Shown here: piece after piece, positions 13,955 through 27,873 of the stretch
Layout: each line of letters starts with the position of its first letter
Position numbering within the stretch: position 1 is the stretch's first letter
Source of the DNA: the human T2T-CHM13v2.0 reference genome, Homo sapiens
Length of the DNA: 64,000 bases
Assembly: GCF_009914755.1 (NCBI RefSeq)
Contig: NC_060933.1
Reading direction: 5' to 3' (one strand)
Position numbers and translations under genes: made by a program
The notes under the pieces: generated by a model
The model's input: only the letters and a program-made list of their open reading frames with translations
Told to the model about the DNA's origin: nothing
The model's database searches: none

Positions 13955-14145
13955 AAAGCATAGATTTAGGAGACAGTCAATGTTAGAATTGAATACTGGT
14001 TTTACTAATTAAGAGCTGTGTGACTTTGGTTAAGGTATTGATTCACTCTAAACCATGTTACTTATCAGTAAGCTGTAATTAATGGAATTGTCAATTATAT
14101 ATAAGAATTGAGTAAAATAATTTAAGGTAAGTAGGCAATAAATTA
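13955..14145 (+). mobile_element. MIR
   Basis: Core AGCTGTGTGACTTTGGTTAAGG...CACTCTAAACC. Confidence 0.6.
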
Positions 14146-14267
14146 TATTCTTCTTTCCTCTTTATACTTCATTGTGTTTCTCTTCCCTTCAAAATGCTTA
14201 GAATAATGAACAGCATATAAAAATAACTGAAAATATTTCTTGTTTATAATTATTGATAAAAATAAAT

Positions 14268-14572
<305 letters not shown>

Positions 14573-15452
14573 CTATTTGGAAGTATCTAATTCCTTTTTG
14601 GTTAAATTAAACTCATTATTATAAGTTCACAAATTATAATTTCCCATTACATAGTTTCTTCATTAGAAACAATATCAGTAAAAATTATTTTGTAACTTAC
14701 ATTCTAATTAAGTCTGTCTTACAGATACACATCATGTACACTCATTTTATTATTTTGTACGTAGGATTTTTTAAATGGATTTTTAAGTAGTTTGTGGCAT
14801 GTTCACTTGCTTCATAAAGAGACAGTAGACTAAAGGCAAATGGATGATTTCCTGATCTATTTTATTCAGAAACTTATTTGTGTGTTAATTACTCTTTTAG
14901 CTATATGATGAGAGGGAGCAAAGATAATTGACCTTAAAAGTTAGAATTGCACATTTTTCACTGGGATCCTTATTTTTATATATTTAATACATGGAAATAG
15001 AGGTAGCTAGGAGTTCAAATCCTGAATCTTCAAATAGTAACCTTTTTACCAATTCATAATCAAAAGGGAAATACGCAGGAAAAGACTCTGGGAAAATTCA
15101 CTAATGTTATTACCTTTCAAAAATTTAAATAAATAAAAAATGTTTTATTTGTTACTACAAACTACTACAAAACCCTTATGAGAACTCCACACTATGATGA
15201 GTTAGGCTAGATTGCAATCAAGTACTAAGAATTATTTTTAACCTTGTTACCTTACACTTAGTCTAGAAGCAAACAGATTTCTTGAAACCTTTTTCCTAGA
15301 CCTTCAGTGCTATCCCTAGAACTCTATCAGTCAAATAGTGAGAAGTACTACACAAAAAAATTCAAAGAAAATACTGCCAAAAGAGAGATACCTAGTAACT
15401 CTAAAATCTAGGGTAGAACTGGCCTAAATATATATTTCCAACATAAACCCAA

Positions 15453-16083
15453 CATATTATTTTTCCATTGTTTCAATAACAAATACTAAAAACTTAATGG
15501 CTTAAAAGAACACAAATTTATTATCTCACAATTCTATAAGTGAGAAGCCCAAGGGAGCTCTCATAATTCCTCTGATTTGGGTCTCTTCGGGCTGACATCA
15601 ACATGGTAGCTAGCCTGGGTTTTTATCAGAAGGCTCTGGGAAGAATCTGCTCCCAAGCACATTCAAATTATTGGCAGAATTCAGTTCTTTTTGTTTGTAA
15701 GGTTGAAGTCCCCATCATCCTCTTATTGACTTTCAGCTAGAAGCGTCTCTCAACTCTTTATGGTCATCAGCATTCCTCAAGTTCCACACCTCATTTTCAC
15801 ACTAAAAACTACACACCAAGTCCTTCTCATAATCTTTATCTTTCTAACTTCTCCCTTATGCCACATCTCTTCTGACTCTAGCCTGAGAAAGATCTCTGCT
15901 TTTAGGGGCTCATGTAATTAGACTGGGCTCAGCTAGAATAAACCAGAACAATTTCCTTATTTAAAGTTTGTAACATTAATTACATCTATGAACTTCCTAC
16001 TGCAAAATAACATAACATATTCACGGGTTGAGGGGATTAAGACATGAACATCTTTGGAAGGCCTTTATTCAACCTATAATACC
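15453..16083 (-). mobile_element. MLT1E-like MaLR solo LTR
   Basis: GGCTTAAAAGAACACAAATTTATTATCTCACA...GGCTCTGGGAAGAATCTGC...TTGGCAGAATTCAGTTC...GGGGATTAAGACATGAACATCTTTGG. Confidence 0.8.
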
Positions 16084-16799
16084 GTTTTCAAATAATCCAA
16101 AGTGAATATGTACTAATTTGTCACAGTAATATTGCTCTCTTCTCAGACCTTAACTCAAATATTACCGTGGCTTTAATTAATACCATCCTTCCTTATCATT
16201 AGTAATGAACCTGGAGTAAAGCTTTGAGTTTACTTTTCACATTTATTAAACTATAAACTTTAGTAAACATAACTATTTGAAGTACAGTGACAGAATTTGT
16301 AAATGAAACAATATTAATCCCATTAATACAAGCTACTTTTGAGTGATGAATTGGTGATAGACAGTTCCATGAGATCACACACACATATAGTAACTAAATA
16401 CATTTCCACTTTTTTCATCATGCTTTTATGGATTAGGGTAATATAACCTTTAATATAAATCCATTATCAGATGATTTCAATGCTTTTCTTATAAGATATT
16501 TTAAAGGAATTAATTATCAAAAGTGTAAAACTTATGTATCCATTAAGTTCTCATTTCATTTGTTCAATATTTTTCACATTAACTCTGCGCCAATCTCTAG
16601 GTATGTAATATATGACAGCTATGCTCCTTGGGCTCAAGGAGTATATAGTCTTACATGGAACATAGATATTTAAAATATTTAACAGATATTTTTGTGAGTG
16701 ATGAATATTTTATTGGAAAAGGGCAGGATGCTGTAGTGGTAAATAACAATAGCAATTAATGTAATCTTAGGACTCAGCAAATCTAGGATTTGGATCCTC

Positions 16800-16975
16800 A
16801 AACTTTACAAAAATTCTAAGTGACCATTGAGGAAGTTATTACCCACACTTTGTAGAAAGAAAACCAGAGGCAAGAGATTTTACGTTATTTGACCAAAATC
16901 CTCAGTATGCCATGTTTCATGCTGGGACCTGAACTCAAAATCCAACTTGAAGTTCCTAATTCTATGTCATGCTGA
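16800..16975 (-). mobile_element. MIR
   Basis: ATTACCCACACTTTGTAGAAAGAAAACCAGAGGC...TGACCAAAATCC...GCTGGGACCTGAACTC. Confidence 0.55.
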
Positions 16976-17150
16976 GAATAAACTACATGTAGAAATATGC
17001 TTGTAGTTAAGAGAAATAAAATTTAAAACCAATTTTAAAGAGATTTATGCCATCATAAAATATTAATACTATGTATTGTGGCCCAGAGAGAAGAGAAACT
17101 CACCCTATCAAACAATTACTTTTTAATTATAAAAATAATTTAATCTCAGA

Positions 17151-17460
17151 GGCTGGGCACGGTGGCTCACGCCTGTAATCCCAGCACTTTGGGAGGCCAA
17201 GGAGGGCGGTTAACCTGAGGTCAGGAGTTTGAGACCAGCCTGGCCAACATGACAAAACCCCATCTCTACCAAAAGTACAAAAATTAGCTGAGTGTGGTGG
17301 CGGGCTCCTATAATCCCAGCTACTCAGGAGGCTGAGGCAGGAGAATCACTTGAACCCAGGAGCCGGAGGTTGCAGTGAGACAAGATTGCACCATGCATTC
17401 CAACCTGGGTGACAAGAGCGAGACTCTGTCTCAAAAAAATAAATAAATTAATTAATTAAT
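17151..17460 (+). mobile_element. AluS (Sq/Sx-like)
   Basis: Full dimer. TSD TAATTTAA(T/C)CTCAGA at 17136-17150 and 17461-17475. Confidence 0.93.
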
Positions 17461-18707
17461 TAATTTAACCTCAGAAAAAATATATTTGGTATATGAAGAA
17501 AACACAGTGCTAACCTTGAAATTTAGCTGTGATTTACTATTCTAATCATTACAGTTGTTATCAAATTTCTCCTCATTCTAAAAGAAATGTTTTCACATGT
17601 ACTCCTCCATTTTCCACAATGGTGTTTTTATCATTTATTACTGTAAATCCAGCAATTAATTTCTCTATGTAGTTTTAGTCCCCTTGTTATACCTCCAGCT
17701 ACTGAACGTTTCTATTGTTTCCTTTCGATATTAAAAATTTTTATATAGTTGGCCTTTATTTCAGATTGTGTTTCCATTTATTTTATTAAGTGAGAAAGTA
17801 GATGTACAACACTTAGCTCAATCCCTGGTCCATGCTATATTGATGGTTTTCATGATTACCCTTGTTTTGTAATGTTGTGTCAAAAAATCCCTAACTTTTT
17901 GTCTTCTTTAGGAAATAACAGACATTTATTGTATTTTTATTCTGGTTTCTATATTTAAAAATTTCAGAAGTACATTTTTTGGATGCTTTATGATACTCCA
18001 CTGGTTTTGTCACTGTCTATAGTTAGTCATCATTTAGAAGACAGACTTATTTATATAATCTCCATCTCAATTTCTATTTTCTAATAAGCACTAATGCTTT
18101 TCTGCTCTTCCCTACCTAATAACATTCTCTTTTATTTGGCTATTGCTTTTGTTTGGTTTGTCTTACAACTGATCTGAAACAGAAGTGAAAAACTACATTA
18201 CCAAGAGGTATTCTCAGTTTAGAAATATACTTTGAAGAGTTCAGTTCCCAGGTGATGTTGCCAATTCCCATTCCCCATCATAGATCTTTATTTCCTATTG
18301 CTTTCTTGAAGTTGTTATTTCCCAAGAGACAGGAAAAATGCAAGCTAAAAGAGTAGGATTGTCATTACCTCCAAAACAATACTCATGAAACAGAGGGATG
18401 GTTTCAGTTACCTGATGAATATGTATCTTAAATCTCTGAAATAAGGGAGAGGCATCAAGAGGGTAAAAAGGGTGCTTTGAGTTACTTTTTTTTTTAATCA
18501 AGGCTGGTTTGTTTTACGAGCACGAATGAACAACTAGACAATGATCTCAATCTTGTTCATTTGACTAAAAATATCCTGCAAATTCCTCCCAGATTCTGGC
18601 AAAGTATTTCTTTTGACTATTGGATCTTTAAAATGTTTCTGATTTATTCTAACTTTTCATATTTTTCCAGTATCTTCAAAGATTTTTCTCATGTGAAATT
18701 TACCAAG

Positions 18708-18710
<3 letters not shown>

Positions 18711-18748
<38 letters not shown>
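18711..18748. repeat. (CA)19 microsatellite
   Basis: Direct reading. Confidence 0.97.
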
Positions 18749-18751
<3 letters not shown>

Positions 18752-19185
18752 CATAGACCACTGTTACAGTATCACATGATTTTGTTGTGGCCAATACAAT
18801 GTCATTTTGAGCACATACTCAAGCCACTACACTTGCAACTATAAAAAATGGTCTACTAGTAACATGAAAAAGCCTATTTGTAGTCAAGATAATGTGTTTT
18901 TCTTTGTTTTTTAAACTTCCTTGTGAGATATGAGGAAGCGTCAAGTTTGTTGCCCAGATACTGGGATGGGATAGCAATGGCTCACATTGTACTACAGAGA
19001 TTTAAAGCTCAGACTTTTCTAAAAGATAGTTTTTAGGCCACAGTCATGTCAAATACATCAGGGCAGACCATCAGCTAACACTAAAATCTAGAGGGGGTAG
19101 TCAGGGAGGCTAAATTCAGGCAGTCAGAACAAAGGTTAAGAAAAAAAACAAAACTACAAACACTAGATCACAATAAGATGGTCCA

Positions 19186-19972
19186 AAAGACAAGACATAC
19201 ATGCAGTCAACAATTACATGAAAAAAAGCTCAACACCACTGATCATTAGAGAAATGCAAATCGAAACCACAATGAGACACTATCTCATACCAGTCAGAAT
19301 GGCTGTTATTAAAAATTCAAAAATCCACAGATGCTCCCAAGGCTGCAGAGAAAAGGGAATGCTTACACACTGTCAGTGGAAGAATAAATTAATTCAACCT
19401 TTGGGGAAGACAGTGGTAATTCCTCAAATACCTAAAGACAGAAGTACCATTCAACCCAGCAATCCCTTTACTGGGTATATACCCAAAGGAATATAAATCA
19501 TAATATTATAAAGAAACATGCACATGTATGTTTATTGCAGCACTATTCACAATAGCAAAGACATGGACTCAACCTAAGTAACCATCAAGGATAGTCTGGA
19601 TAAAGAAAAATGTGGTACATATACACCACGGAATACTATGCAGCCATAAAAAAGAATGCGATCATGTCCTTTACAAAGACATGGATGAAGCTGAAAACCA
19701 TTATCCTTATCAAAATAATGCAGGAACAGAAAACCAAATACCGCATGTTCTTACTTATAAGTGGGAGCTATATGATGAGGACATATAGAGGGGAACAACA
19801 CACACTGGGACCTATTGGAGGGTGGAGGATGGGAGGAGGGAGAGGATCAGGAATATCCGGGTGTCAAAATAACCTGTACAACAAACCCCTGTGACATGAC
19901 TTTACCTATATAACAAACTTGCACATGTATCCCCGAACTTAAAATTAAAGTTAAATTTAAAACAACAAACAA
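19186..19972 (+). mobile_element. 5'-truncated L1PA13-16-like (ORF2 C-terminus plus 3'UTR)
   Basis: ORFs MKKSSTPLIIREMQIETTMRHYLIPVRMA and MWYIYTTEYYAAIKKN, with an older-L1PA 3'UTR. TSD AAGA(T/A)GGTCCA at 19175-19185 and 19973-19983. Confidence 0.92.
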
Positions 19973-20694
19973 AAGAAGGTCCACAGTAGGAAATGAGTGG
20001 AGACCCTGATGCGGCACCTTTTGAATTATGAAAGTGTATGTGGAGCTGCAGCTGTTGAGAGCTTCAAACTAGCCCGAAAGGGGTTAAAACTTTGAATTTT
20101 TCCTTCAGTTAAATATTACCGATGTGTCTAATCTGTATACTTTAGATATTTTGGCATCCAGTTATAGTTTTAAATGCTTCATAGCTGGGATAAACATTGT
20201 AATATTTTACTAGAGGGGTATATCCAGTTTTTAAAATGTTACCTGTCTTTATTTGCTTCTCTAAGACTTCCTTCAGTGAGACTTTACCCAGTTTGACATA
20301 TCTCCCAAAACTCTGACTTATTTTGGTTATGACTTGTTATTTCAATATGACTAGGGTGAACAAAATGTATATGAATACTTATTTAAGATATTGAATATTT
20401 TTCTATCTAGGAACTGCCAATTAGAGAAAGGAATAGACTGATCCCCTCAAGGTGTACCCTCTCCCATCCATTCTTTTGTATCCTTTAAAGAAAACACTAT
20501 TTCTACAACATGACTGCCTCTCAGTATTTTTTGTTGAACCACTGAAATAAATTAAGCAATTATTTATGAAGTATATAAAACATAGAAGATGTTTACACAA
20601 ATCTCTTTTAATCCTCTCTACAGCAATTATTACTCTCTCTGTTCCAGGAGTAAGAACACTGAGCCCCAAGATCACCTTTTTTGTTATCATCAAT

Positions 20695-21045
20695 TATGAG
20701 TATTTGTAAACACATGAAAAGGTAGAGGGAATTAATCTCCATTTAACCATCACTCAGATTCCAGATTTTTAAATTTATTGTTTCACTCACTTTGGTATCA
20801 TTTTCATTCCTTAAATATTATTAAAAGAAAACATGTTATTTCATAATTACTACATCTTTTAGCATGAATCTGTAGAAAACATGGCCATTATCTTACAGAA
20901 CCAATGTCGTTGTTGTTGTTGTTGTTGTTGTTTTGTCACAACTAGCACATTTAAAGTAATTTCCTGGCATTATTTTATAAGCAGTTCTTACTAAAATTTC
21001 CATGATGATCTTTTTATAGTTGGTTTGTTTGAATCAGGATATTCA
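20695..21045 (-). mobile_element. Old L1 3'UTR fragment (L1MC4/5-like)
   Basis: ATAGTTGGTTTGTTTGAATCAGGAT and other L1MC-type motifs. Confidence 0.55.
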
Positions 21046-21564
21046 TTTTAAATAACAGATTTAGAGTTTGAAACTACATATATCTGGTACAGTGTTTTTT
21101 CCACTATAACACAGAGACTTCCAAATTAATCAGTTAATTAACCAAAAAAGAATGATGTGCTTTTTCAGAGAAAATGCCTGGTGATTTGACACTTTACCTC
21201 TTACGTGTAATACTTTGCTAGAGGAGAAACAATGTGATTCTGCTCTGTTAGTGCCCTTGTATCACCAATTCCGTGTTTCTGTAATTGCTTTTCCATTCAT
21301 GCCAGAATAGCTCAGATCTTGTACTTGTCCCAAAAATATCACTGTACATAATAAGACAAAGGAAGTGACTCCAGTGTCATCAAAAACCAACTAAAGATAA
21401 GACTGAATCTTAGAAAACTTAAGAAAGAAAAATAATACCAGAAGAGAAAAATCAGAGAATTCAAAAAATAAAAAAGATTGTAAAGAATGCTTCATAATAT
21501 TCCATGTGAATATAAGTGTTGGGTTGAATAATCATCTATCTTAATTTACTCATAAAGACATAAA

Positions 21565-21866
21565 AAGTTTAGGTTTTGAAAAGAGACAAATTGGATTTAA
21601 CTTTACACTCAGCCCACAGTTATATTTGTGACTTTAGGCAAGCTTATTAACCTCTCTAACTCTTGGAATTTTGTCCTTTCATATTTCTTTTGTTTGTTTT
21701 TTTTTTCAGGTTTTAGGTTTTTAGTTTTAATAATAATAATTAAAGAAAGACCTAACTCTCACAGTTTTGTGAGAGTTGTGTGGTAAAATATCTGTAAAAG
21801 TCATGAACAGAGCTCCTGGCACAAATTCTATGCTCAATAAATTCTAGCTATTATTATTATATTATT
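21565..21866 (+). mobile_element. MIR
   Basis: TGTGACTTTAGGCAAG...AACCTCTCT core, then CCTGGCACA...GCTCAATAAAT and a (TAT)n tail. Confidence 0.7.
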
Positions 21867-21919
21867 AGTATTTTATGCTCCATATCACAATTTAGTGTAT
21901 AAAATAAAATAAATAGCCA

Positions 21920-23470
21920 TCTAAAACCAAAGACATCACAAGAAAAACAAACACAGACCAACTTCTGTTATTAGTATAAATGTAAAAATCCTTAAAATAC
22001 TAGAAAACAAAATCCATCAACATATAAAAAAATTATAAACGAGAACAAAATGGGATTTATCTCAAGAATGCAATGTTAGTTTAACATCTGAAAATCAACT
22101 AATGTAATACAACATATCAATATAATAAAAAACAAATATTAATGATTTCAATAGACTCATAAAAAGCATCTGACAAAATTCAATGCATTTTTATTATATC
22201 ACACTCAACAAATTAGGAGTAGAAGAGAATTTCCTCAACCTGATAAAAGCCATCTGTGAGAAACCTAAAGCTAACATCAAACCTTTTTTTCATTTTATTT
22301 TTAGTTGACATGTAATAATTGTACATATTTGTGGGATACAGTGATGTTTCAATACATATATACAATGTGCATTATTAGGATATTCCTCACCTCAAACCTT
22401 TATCATTTCTTTGTGTTGGGAACATTCTAAATCCTCTCTGCTAGCTTTCTGAACATATACAATAAATTTTCATTAACTGTCACCCTACAGTGCTATGAAA
22501 CACTATAACTTATTCCCCCATCCAGCTGTAATTTTGTATCTGTTACCCAAATTCTCCCTATTATTCCCTCCCTCTTACCCTTTCCAGCCTCTAATAACCA
22601 TAATGATACTCTCTATTTCCATGAGCTCAATTTTTTAGCTTCCACATATGAGTGACAACATGCGGTATTTATTTTTCTGTGCCTAACTTATTTCACTTAA
22701 CAGAATTTCCTCCAAACTCCTCCAAGTTTTTACAAATGACAGGATTTTATTCTTTTTTATGGCTGAGTAGTACTTCATTACATATGTATACCACATTTTC
22801 TTTATAGATCTGCTGATGGATATTTAAGTTGCTTTCATATCTTGGCTATTTTGAATAATGCTGCAAAAAACACGAAGGTTCAGATATCTCTTCAATATAC
22901 TGATTTTCTTTCTTTTGATAAATACCCAGTAGTGGGATTGCTGGATCATACTAGCATCACTCTTAATGGTGGAAGATGGAATTCTTTCTCGATAGGATTA
23001 GAAATAAGACAAGGACATCGTTCTTACCACTTCAAATTATTTTTAAAATGAGCAAAAGACATGAATAGGCAATTTTCTAAATAATATATGCAAATGTCCG
23101 ATAAGCACATGAAAAGATATTCAACATGATTTCATCAAGAAAACATAAAACTACAATGAGATATCACTTCACACCTGCTAGGATAACTAGAATAAAAAAG
23201 CAAGATGACAAGTATTAGCAAGGATGTGAGTAAATCACAACCCTTGTATACTGCTGGAGTAGATGTAAAATGGTACAACCACTTTGTGAGGCAGTCTGGC
23301 AGTTCCTCAAATGACTAAACAGAGTAGCACATGACCAGGAAATTTCATTCTTAGGTATATACCCTAGAGTAATACGTACATCCACATATAAACTTGTTCA
23401 CATATGTTCATAGCAGCATTATTCATAATAGCCACAAGACAGAAACAACCTCAGTGTCCCTAAATGGATG
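21920..23470 (+). mobile_element. Old L1 (L1MB/MC-like) ORF2 fragments with an internal deletion, interrupted at 22284-22950
   Basis: RT-region homology (GGGATTTATCTCAAGAATGCAA...AAAGCATCTGACAAAATTCAA) resumes at 22951, then jumps to the ORF2 C-terminus near 23036. Confidence 0.8.
22284..22950 (-). mobile_element. L1MA (MA4A-MA6-like) 3' end nested in the older L1
   Basis: T-rich start, then TAATAATTGTACATATTTGTGGGATACAG...CCCAGTAGTGGGATTGCTGGATCATA. Degenerate TSD CTA(A/G)CATCA at 22271 and 22951. Confidence 0.88.
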
Positions 23471-24127
23471 CCGAGAACTCATGCAATGCTTGCCAAAATA
23501 AAAGCATCCCAACACAGTGGATCTTATTCTTAAAATGGATGGGTTCCTTTATGACAAAGTAAGCATTAGGGCCACTCCACAGACTAGAACAGCACCAATT
23601 TATGCCTGATAAAGAGGCCAGACAAAACAGAAGCAGAAACATTTAATGGATTACTGATGACAGAGGCTCAATTGACAGAAAAATAATAGTACAGTTAATA
23701 ATAGTATAATAATAGTTTCCCTGCTAGCACTGCCCTGTGCTCCAGTCCCCTCGGTACACCTTCCAGCTGATGGTGCACATATACATAAATGAATCTTTCA
23801 GATTGTAACCTGAAGGAGCATTTGTCAGCCACTAGGTGGACAATGAGATTATCTGCAAAGGCTTCATGAATGTCATCAGGGCTAGACTTTAGCTAGACAG
23901 CTAGATGGCAGATAGCTAGATGGAGAAAACATTTATGTTTTCCTAGATCATGAAACAGAAAAAAAATCCTTGAAAAGATACTGTAACCTAAAATCTAAAC
24001 GCTTATTTTATAGGACCATTAGAATTAAAAGATATGATGCATATGAAGTGCTTAACATAGTGAATGAATCATAACAAATGTTCAATATATCTTAACTTTC
24101 ATTAAGGCCAAATTCGAAGAGCACTTC

Positions 24128-24507
24128 TGATGTGGTTTGGATTTGTGTCTCTGCCAAGTCTCATGACAAATGGTTATCCCCATTGTTGGAGAAGGGACCC
24201 AGTGGGAGATGATTGGATCATGGAAGCGGATTTCCCCCTTGTTGGTCTTGTGATAGCTGAGTGAGTTCTCATGAGATCTGGTTGTTTAAAAGTGTGTAGC
24301 ACCTCGCCCTGCTCTCTCTTCCTCCTTCTCTGGCCATGGAGGATATGCATACCTCCCCTTTGCCTTCCACCATGATTGTAAGTTTCCTGAGGCATCCCCA
24401 GCCATGCTTCCTGTACAGTCTGCAGAACTGTGATTCAATTACACCTCATTTCTTTATAAATTACTCTCAAGTAGTTCTTTATAGCAATGCGAGAATGAAC
24501 TAATACA
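24128..24507 (+). mobile_element. MSTA solo LTR
   Basis: TGATGTGGTTTGG...ACTAATACA. TSD ACTTC/ACCTC. Confidence 0.9.
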
Positions 24508-25151
24508 ACCTCAGTGATAGACAAGTACACCATGGGAGCAATAAAGAGAAAGATTTTTATGTGACTGAAAGGGTTAAGGAAGGCCTCAGCATAAAAGCAA
24601 TATTTGGGATTGACTTTGAAGAGAGACAAAGATTTTAAAGAGCTGACATAAGAGGATTTCAGATTACAGAATATGAGGAAAGATCATAGTTGTACATTTA
24701 AAGCATCTATTTGAGAAAACAGGAAATGATGCTTGTGTGGTAAGATATCCTCTCATTTCCTACTTATTTTCTATTTCCTAGCAATAAAATAAATCTAATT
24801 ATCCTCTCAGAAAGCTTTGTGATGGAGAGACTTATTATATGTGTACTGTTGTTCTAGTAATTTGGTACTCGAGCTAACTTAAGTTTCATAAGTTTTATTT
24901 ATGAAAGAATACTATAAAGAGAAAGAGACACAGCAACACATGGAGACATAAGTGGGAGGAGAGAACAAAAGAAAAGAAAAAGAAGGAAGTAATGGTAGTG
25001 GAACAATATAAATAACAGAAATATGATAGATTGATTTATTGATTGATTTAGATAGATTAGACAGATGAGTATAATTGGCTTATTAGATGTTCAATCAAGG
25101 GACAATCCTTTCTCATTTCTTTGGCATTAGACTCTTTCTGGTGAGAGATGC

Positions 25152-25541
25152 TGATATGGTTTGGGTCTGTGTCCCCAGCCAAATCTCATGTCAAATTATA
25201 ATCCTCAATGTTGGAGGTGGGGTCTGATGGGAGGTGATTGGATCATGAAGGTGGAATTCCCCTTTGGTGCTGTTCTCCAGACAGTGAGTGAGTTATCACG
25301 AGATCTGGTTATTTGAAAGCGTGTAGCACCTCTCCTCAATCTCTTCCTCCTGCTCCAGCCACGTAAGATGAACCTGCTTCCCCTTCACCTTCCATTATGA
25401 TTGTAAGTTTCCTGAGGTCTCTGCAGCCATGCTTCTTGTATGGCCTGTGGAACCAAACTGTGAGCCAATCAAAACTCTTTTCTTTATAAATTTCCCACTC
25501 TTAGGTAGTTCATTATAGCGATGTGAGAACCAACTAATACA
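25152..25541 (+). mobile_element. MSTA solo LTR
   Basis: TGATATGGTTTGGGTCTGTGTCCCC...ACTAATACA. Confidence 0.9.
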
Positions 25542-25699
25542 CACATTTACTTGATAGAAGGAAAAGAAATAACTGAAACTCTATTTTAATTTTATGAAGG
25601 ACTGATGACTAATCTCCAGGTCTATGTTACTGAGTTATCTCCTTTCAGTCTTTAACTCCCTCACTTGAACTCCTTGCTTCATTCTCTATGAACGAACAC

Positions 25700-26280
25700 T
25701 GCTACCTGTTAGGTATGCATCCTTTTTTCACTTTCTCCGGGTATTTACATACTTTTGGATATTCATATTGCTCAGCAAGTTGCTTATGTCACTTAACAAT
25801 GCATCTTTAAATCACTTAAGGTGACTTTCTAGTTTATTTATTTTAATTGGTGTATATTATACCATCGTATGTATCAATATTTTATTTAAACATTCTACTG
25901 TTGGTAGATATGCATGTCTTCCTAAATCTACTTTCTGGCTTTCTAAGAATGTGAAATAAATAACTTTATGAATATATATATTTATTTACATATATGTGAG
26001 TGTGTGTATATATATATAACATATACATTTAAAAGTACTTCTGTTGGGATACATAGAATCTATCTGTAGATAGATTTGTGAACACTGTATTTCTGAGTCA
26101 AAGTATGTGCATCTTGATATATACTGCCAAATTTCTCTCTAATTGACTATCTATTTCCTTTCCAACTAGCTGTGTTCAAATATGCATGATTATCTGATTC
26201 TTGCCAGCACAAGATATCACAAATCATTTTTTTCTCCAAGTCTCACCTTAATTTGCATTTCCCTGACTACAGTGAGGTTA
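25700..26280 (-). mobile_element. Highly decayed L1ME-type fragment
   Basis: Residual motifs TTAATTTGCATTTCCCTGACTAC..TGAGGTT and ATACTGCCAAATT. Confidence 0.45.
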
Positions 26281-26292
26281 AATATCATTTTA

Positions 26293-26599
26293 TTTATTTA
26301 TTTATTTATTTATTTGAGTCAGAGTCTTGCTCTGTTGTCCAGGCTGAAATGCAGTGACACAATCCTGGCTCACTGCAACCTCTGCCTCCCAGCCTGAAGC
26401 AGTTCTCCTGCCTCAGCCTCCCAAGTAGCTGAGACTACAGGTATGTGCCACTACTCCTGGCTTATTTTGTATTTTTTTTAGTAGAGACGGGGTTTTGCCA
26501 CGTTGGCCAGGCTGGTCTCGAACTCCTGACTTCAAGTGACCCATCCGCCTCAGCCTCTCAAAATGCTGGGATTACGGGTGTGAGCCACCACATCCAGCT
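26293..26599 (-). mobile_element. AluS (Sz/Sx-like) with (TTTA)n tail
   Basis: Full dimer. TSD AA(T/C)ATCATTTTA at 26281 and 26600. Confidence 0.92.
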
Positions 26600-26989
26600 A
26601 ACATCATTTTAAATTTGTATTATTCATTAAATATACTTATATAAATTTCATCTATTTTGAAATTTTTAATGGGTTCACATTTGTAAAATAAAGTGTAATA
26701 CATGTACGTAGTTATGCATGCACAACACACATATGTGCATCTCACATGTTATAGGAAAAATTCAGTAAGGAAACACTAAATTGTCAAATATAACTACTTC
26801 TGAAAAGGGTAGCAGGATTTAGGTAAAGTGTAAATGGAGACATCTATATTCTTTGATTTTTAAAATAAAGTTATTTTGCGTAAATATTGACATTAAAATA
26901 TTAAAAGAATAATTTTCACTAGGATGCTTCTATAATTATATTTAAAATTTTTTATTACATATTATTCCATTCTGTACTAAAAAGGATTC

Positions 26990-27480
26990 TTACATTAAAA
27001 ATTAAATCTATTCTGGGAAATTCTATTATTTACTTTATTATCTACTTCTCCCATCCCCTATCTTCACTTTTTCTCTGTTCTTTCTTTCTGGCTTTCCTAT
27101 TAGATGGCAATTAGAATTCCTGGAACTGCTTCCTTATCCCTTAATTTTTTCTTCTTTGTTCTTGATTACTGTGTTTAGAAAGAGTACATTTGGCTAAATG
27201 TTCCAGTTCACTAATTAAATTTTCAGTATTTTTATTCAATTAATCCTCCCATCTATTAAGGTGAGGTTTTTCTCAGTAAACATGGTTTGAATGTCAAAAA
27301 CAGAGCTAATTGCTTAATTTGTCCTTCACAATCTGTTCCTTTCTTATCCATCAATTTTTTCTCTAATGATATTATTTATTTCAAAGTTTCCTTCTGTTTA
27401 CCCTTGGGACTTATTCTGTTTATCGTTTTTGTTTTTCTCAAATATTCAGCGATTCTTGATCATCTGTTCATGTTTACAGA
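26990..27480 (-). mobile_element. Decayed old L1/HAL1 ORF1-region fragment
   Basis: TTCTGGGAAATTC...TTTCTGG..TCCTATTAGATGG...TCCTGGA motifs typical of antisense old-L1 ORF1. Confidence 0.4.
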
Positions 27481-27837
27481 TGGGAGCAGAGGTTCATCAA
27501 TATAGCTGGTAGGAATATATTTTCCCAACTTGAATTATAATTCCTGTGCTCCTAACAATCTGTACAGTTTTCATTACAGCGTCTCTGGCTTTGATGATTT
27601 TTAAGAATGCTAGAAAGTCCATGTTAGTAATTTTCCTTTGCATATGTTTAAATGGCTTGTTTTCTGAGTGCTTGAGTCCTTAATCCTAGTAGTGTGTTAC
27701 ATAATTCCCTCAAGGGCGTAATATTGGACTGCAGGTATTTCTGACAAACAGCTTCAACTATTTGATTTCAGGGATGGATGCCTCAAAATTGCTGTCTATT
27801 GATTGAAGAGAATAGCTTTTCCAGACTTATTGTAGAT

Positions 27838-27838
<1 letters not shown>

Positions 27839-27871
<33 letters not shown>
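27839..27871. repeat. (CA)16 microsatellite
   Basis: Direct reading. Confidence 0.97.

Positions 27872-27873
<2 letters not shown>

Noticed and set aside
24128-25541. Two same-strand MSTA LTRs 644 bp apart as a deleted provirus
   Set aside because: The first LTR has its own TSD (ACTTC/ACCTC), the outer flanks do not match, and the spacer does not resemble MST internal sequence.
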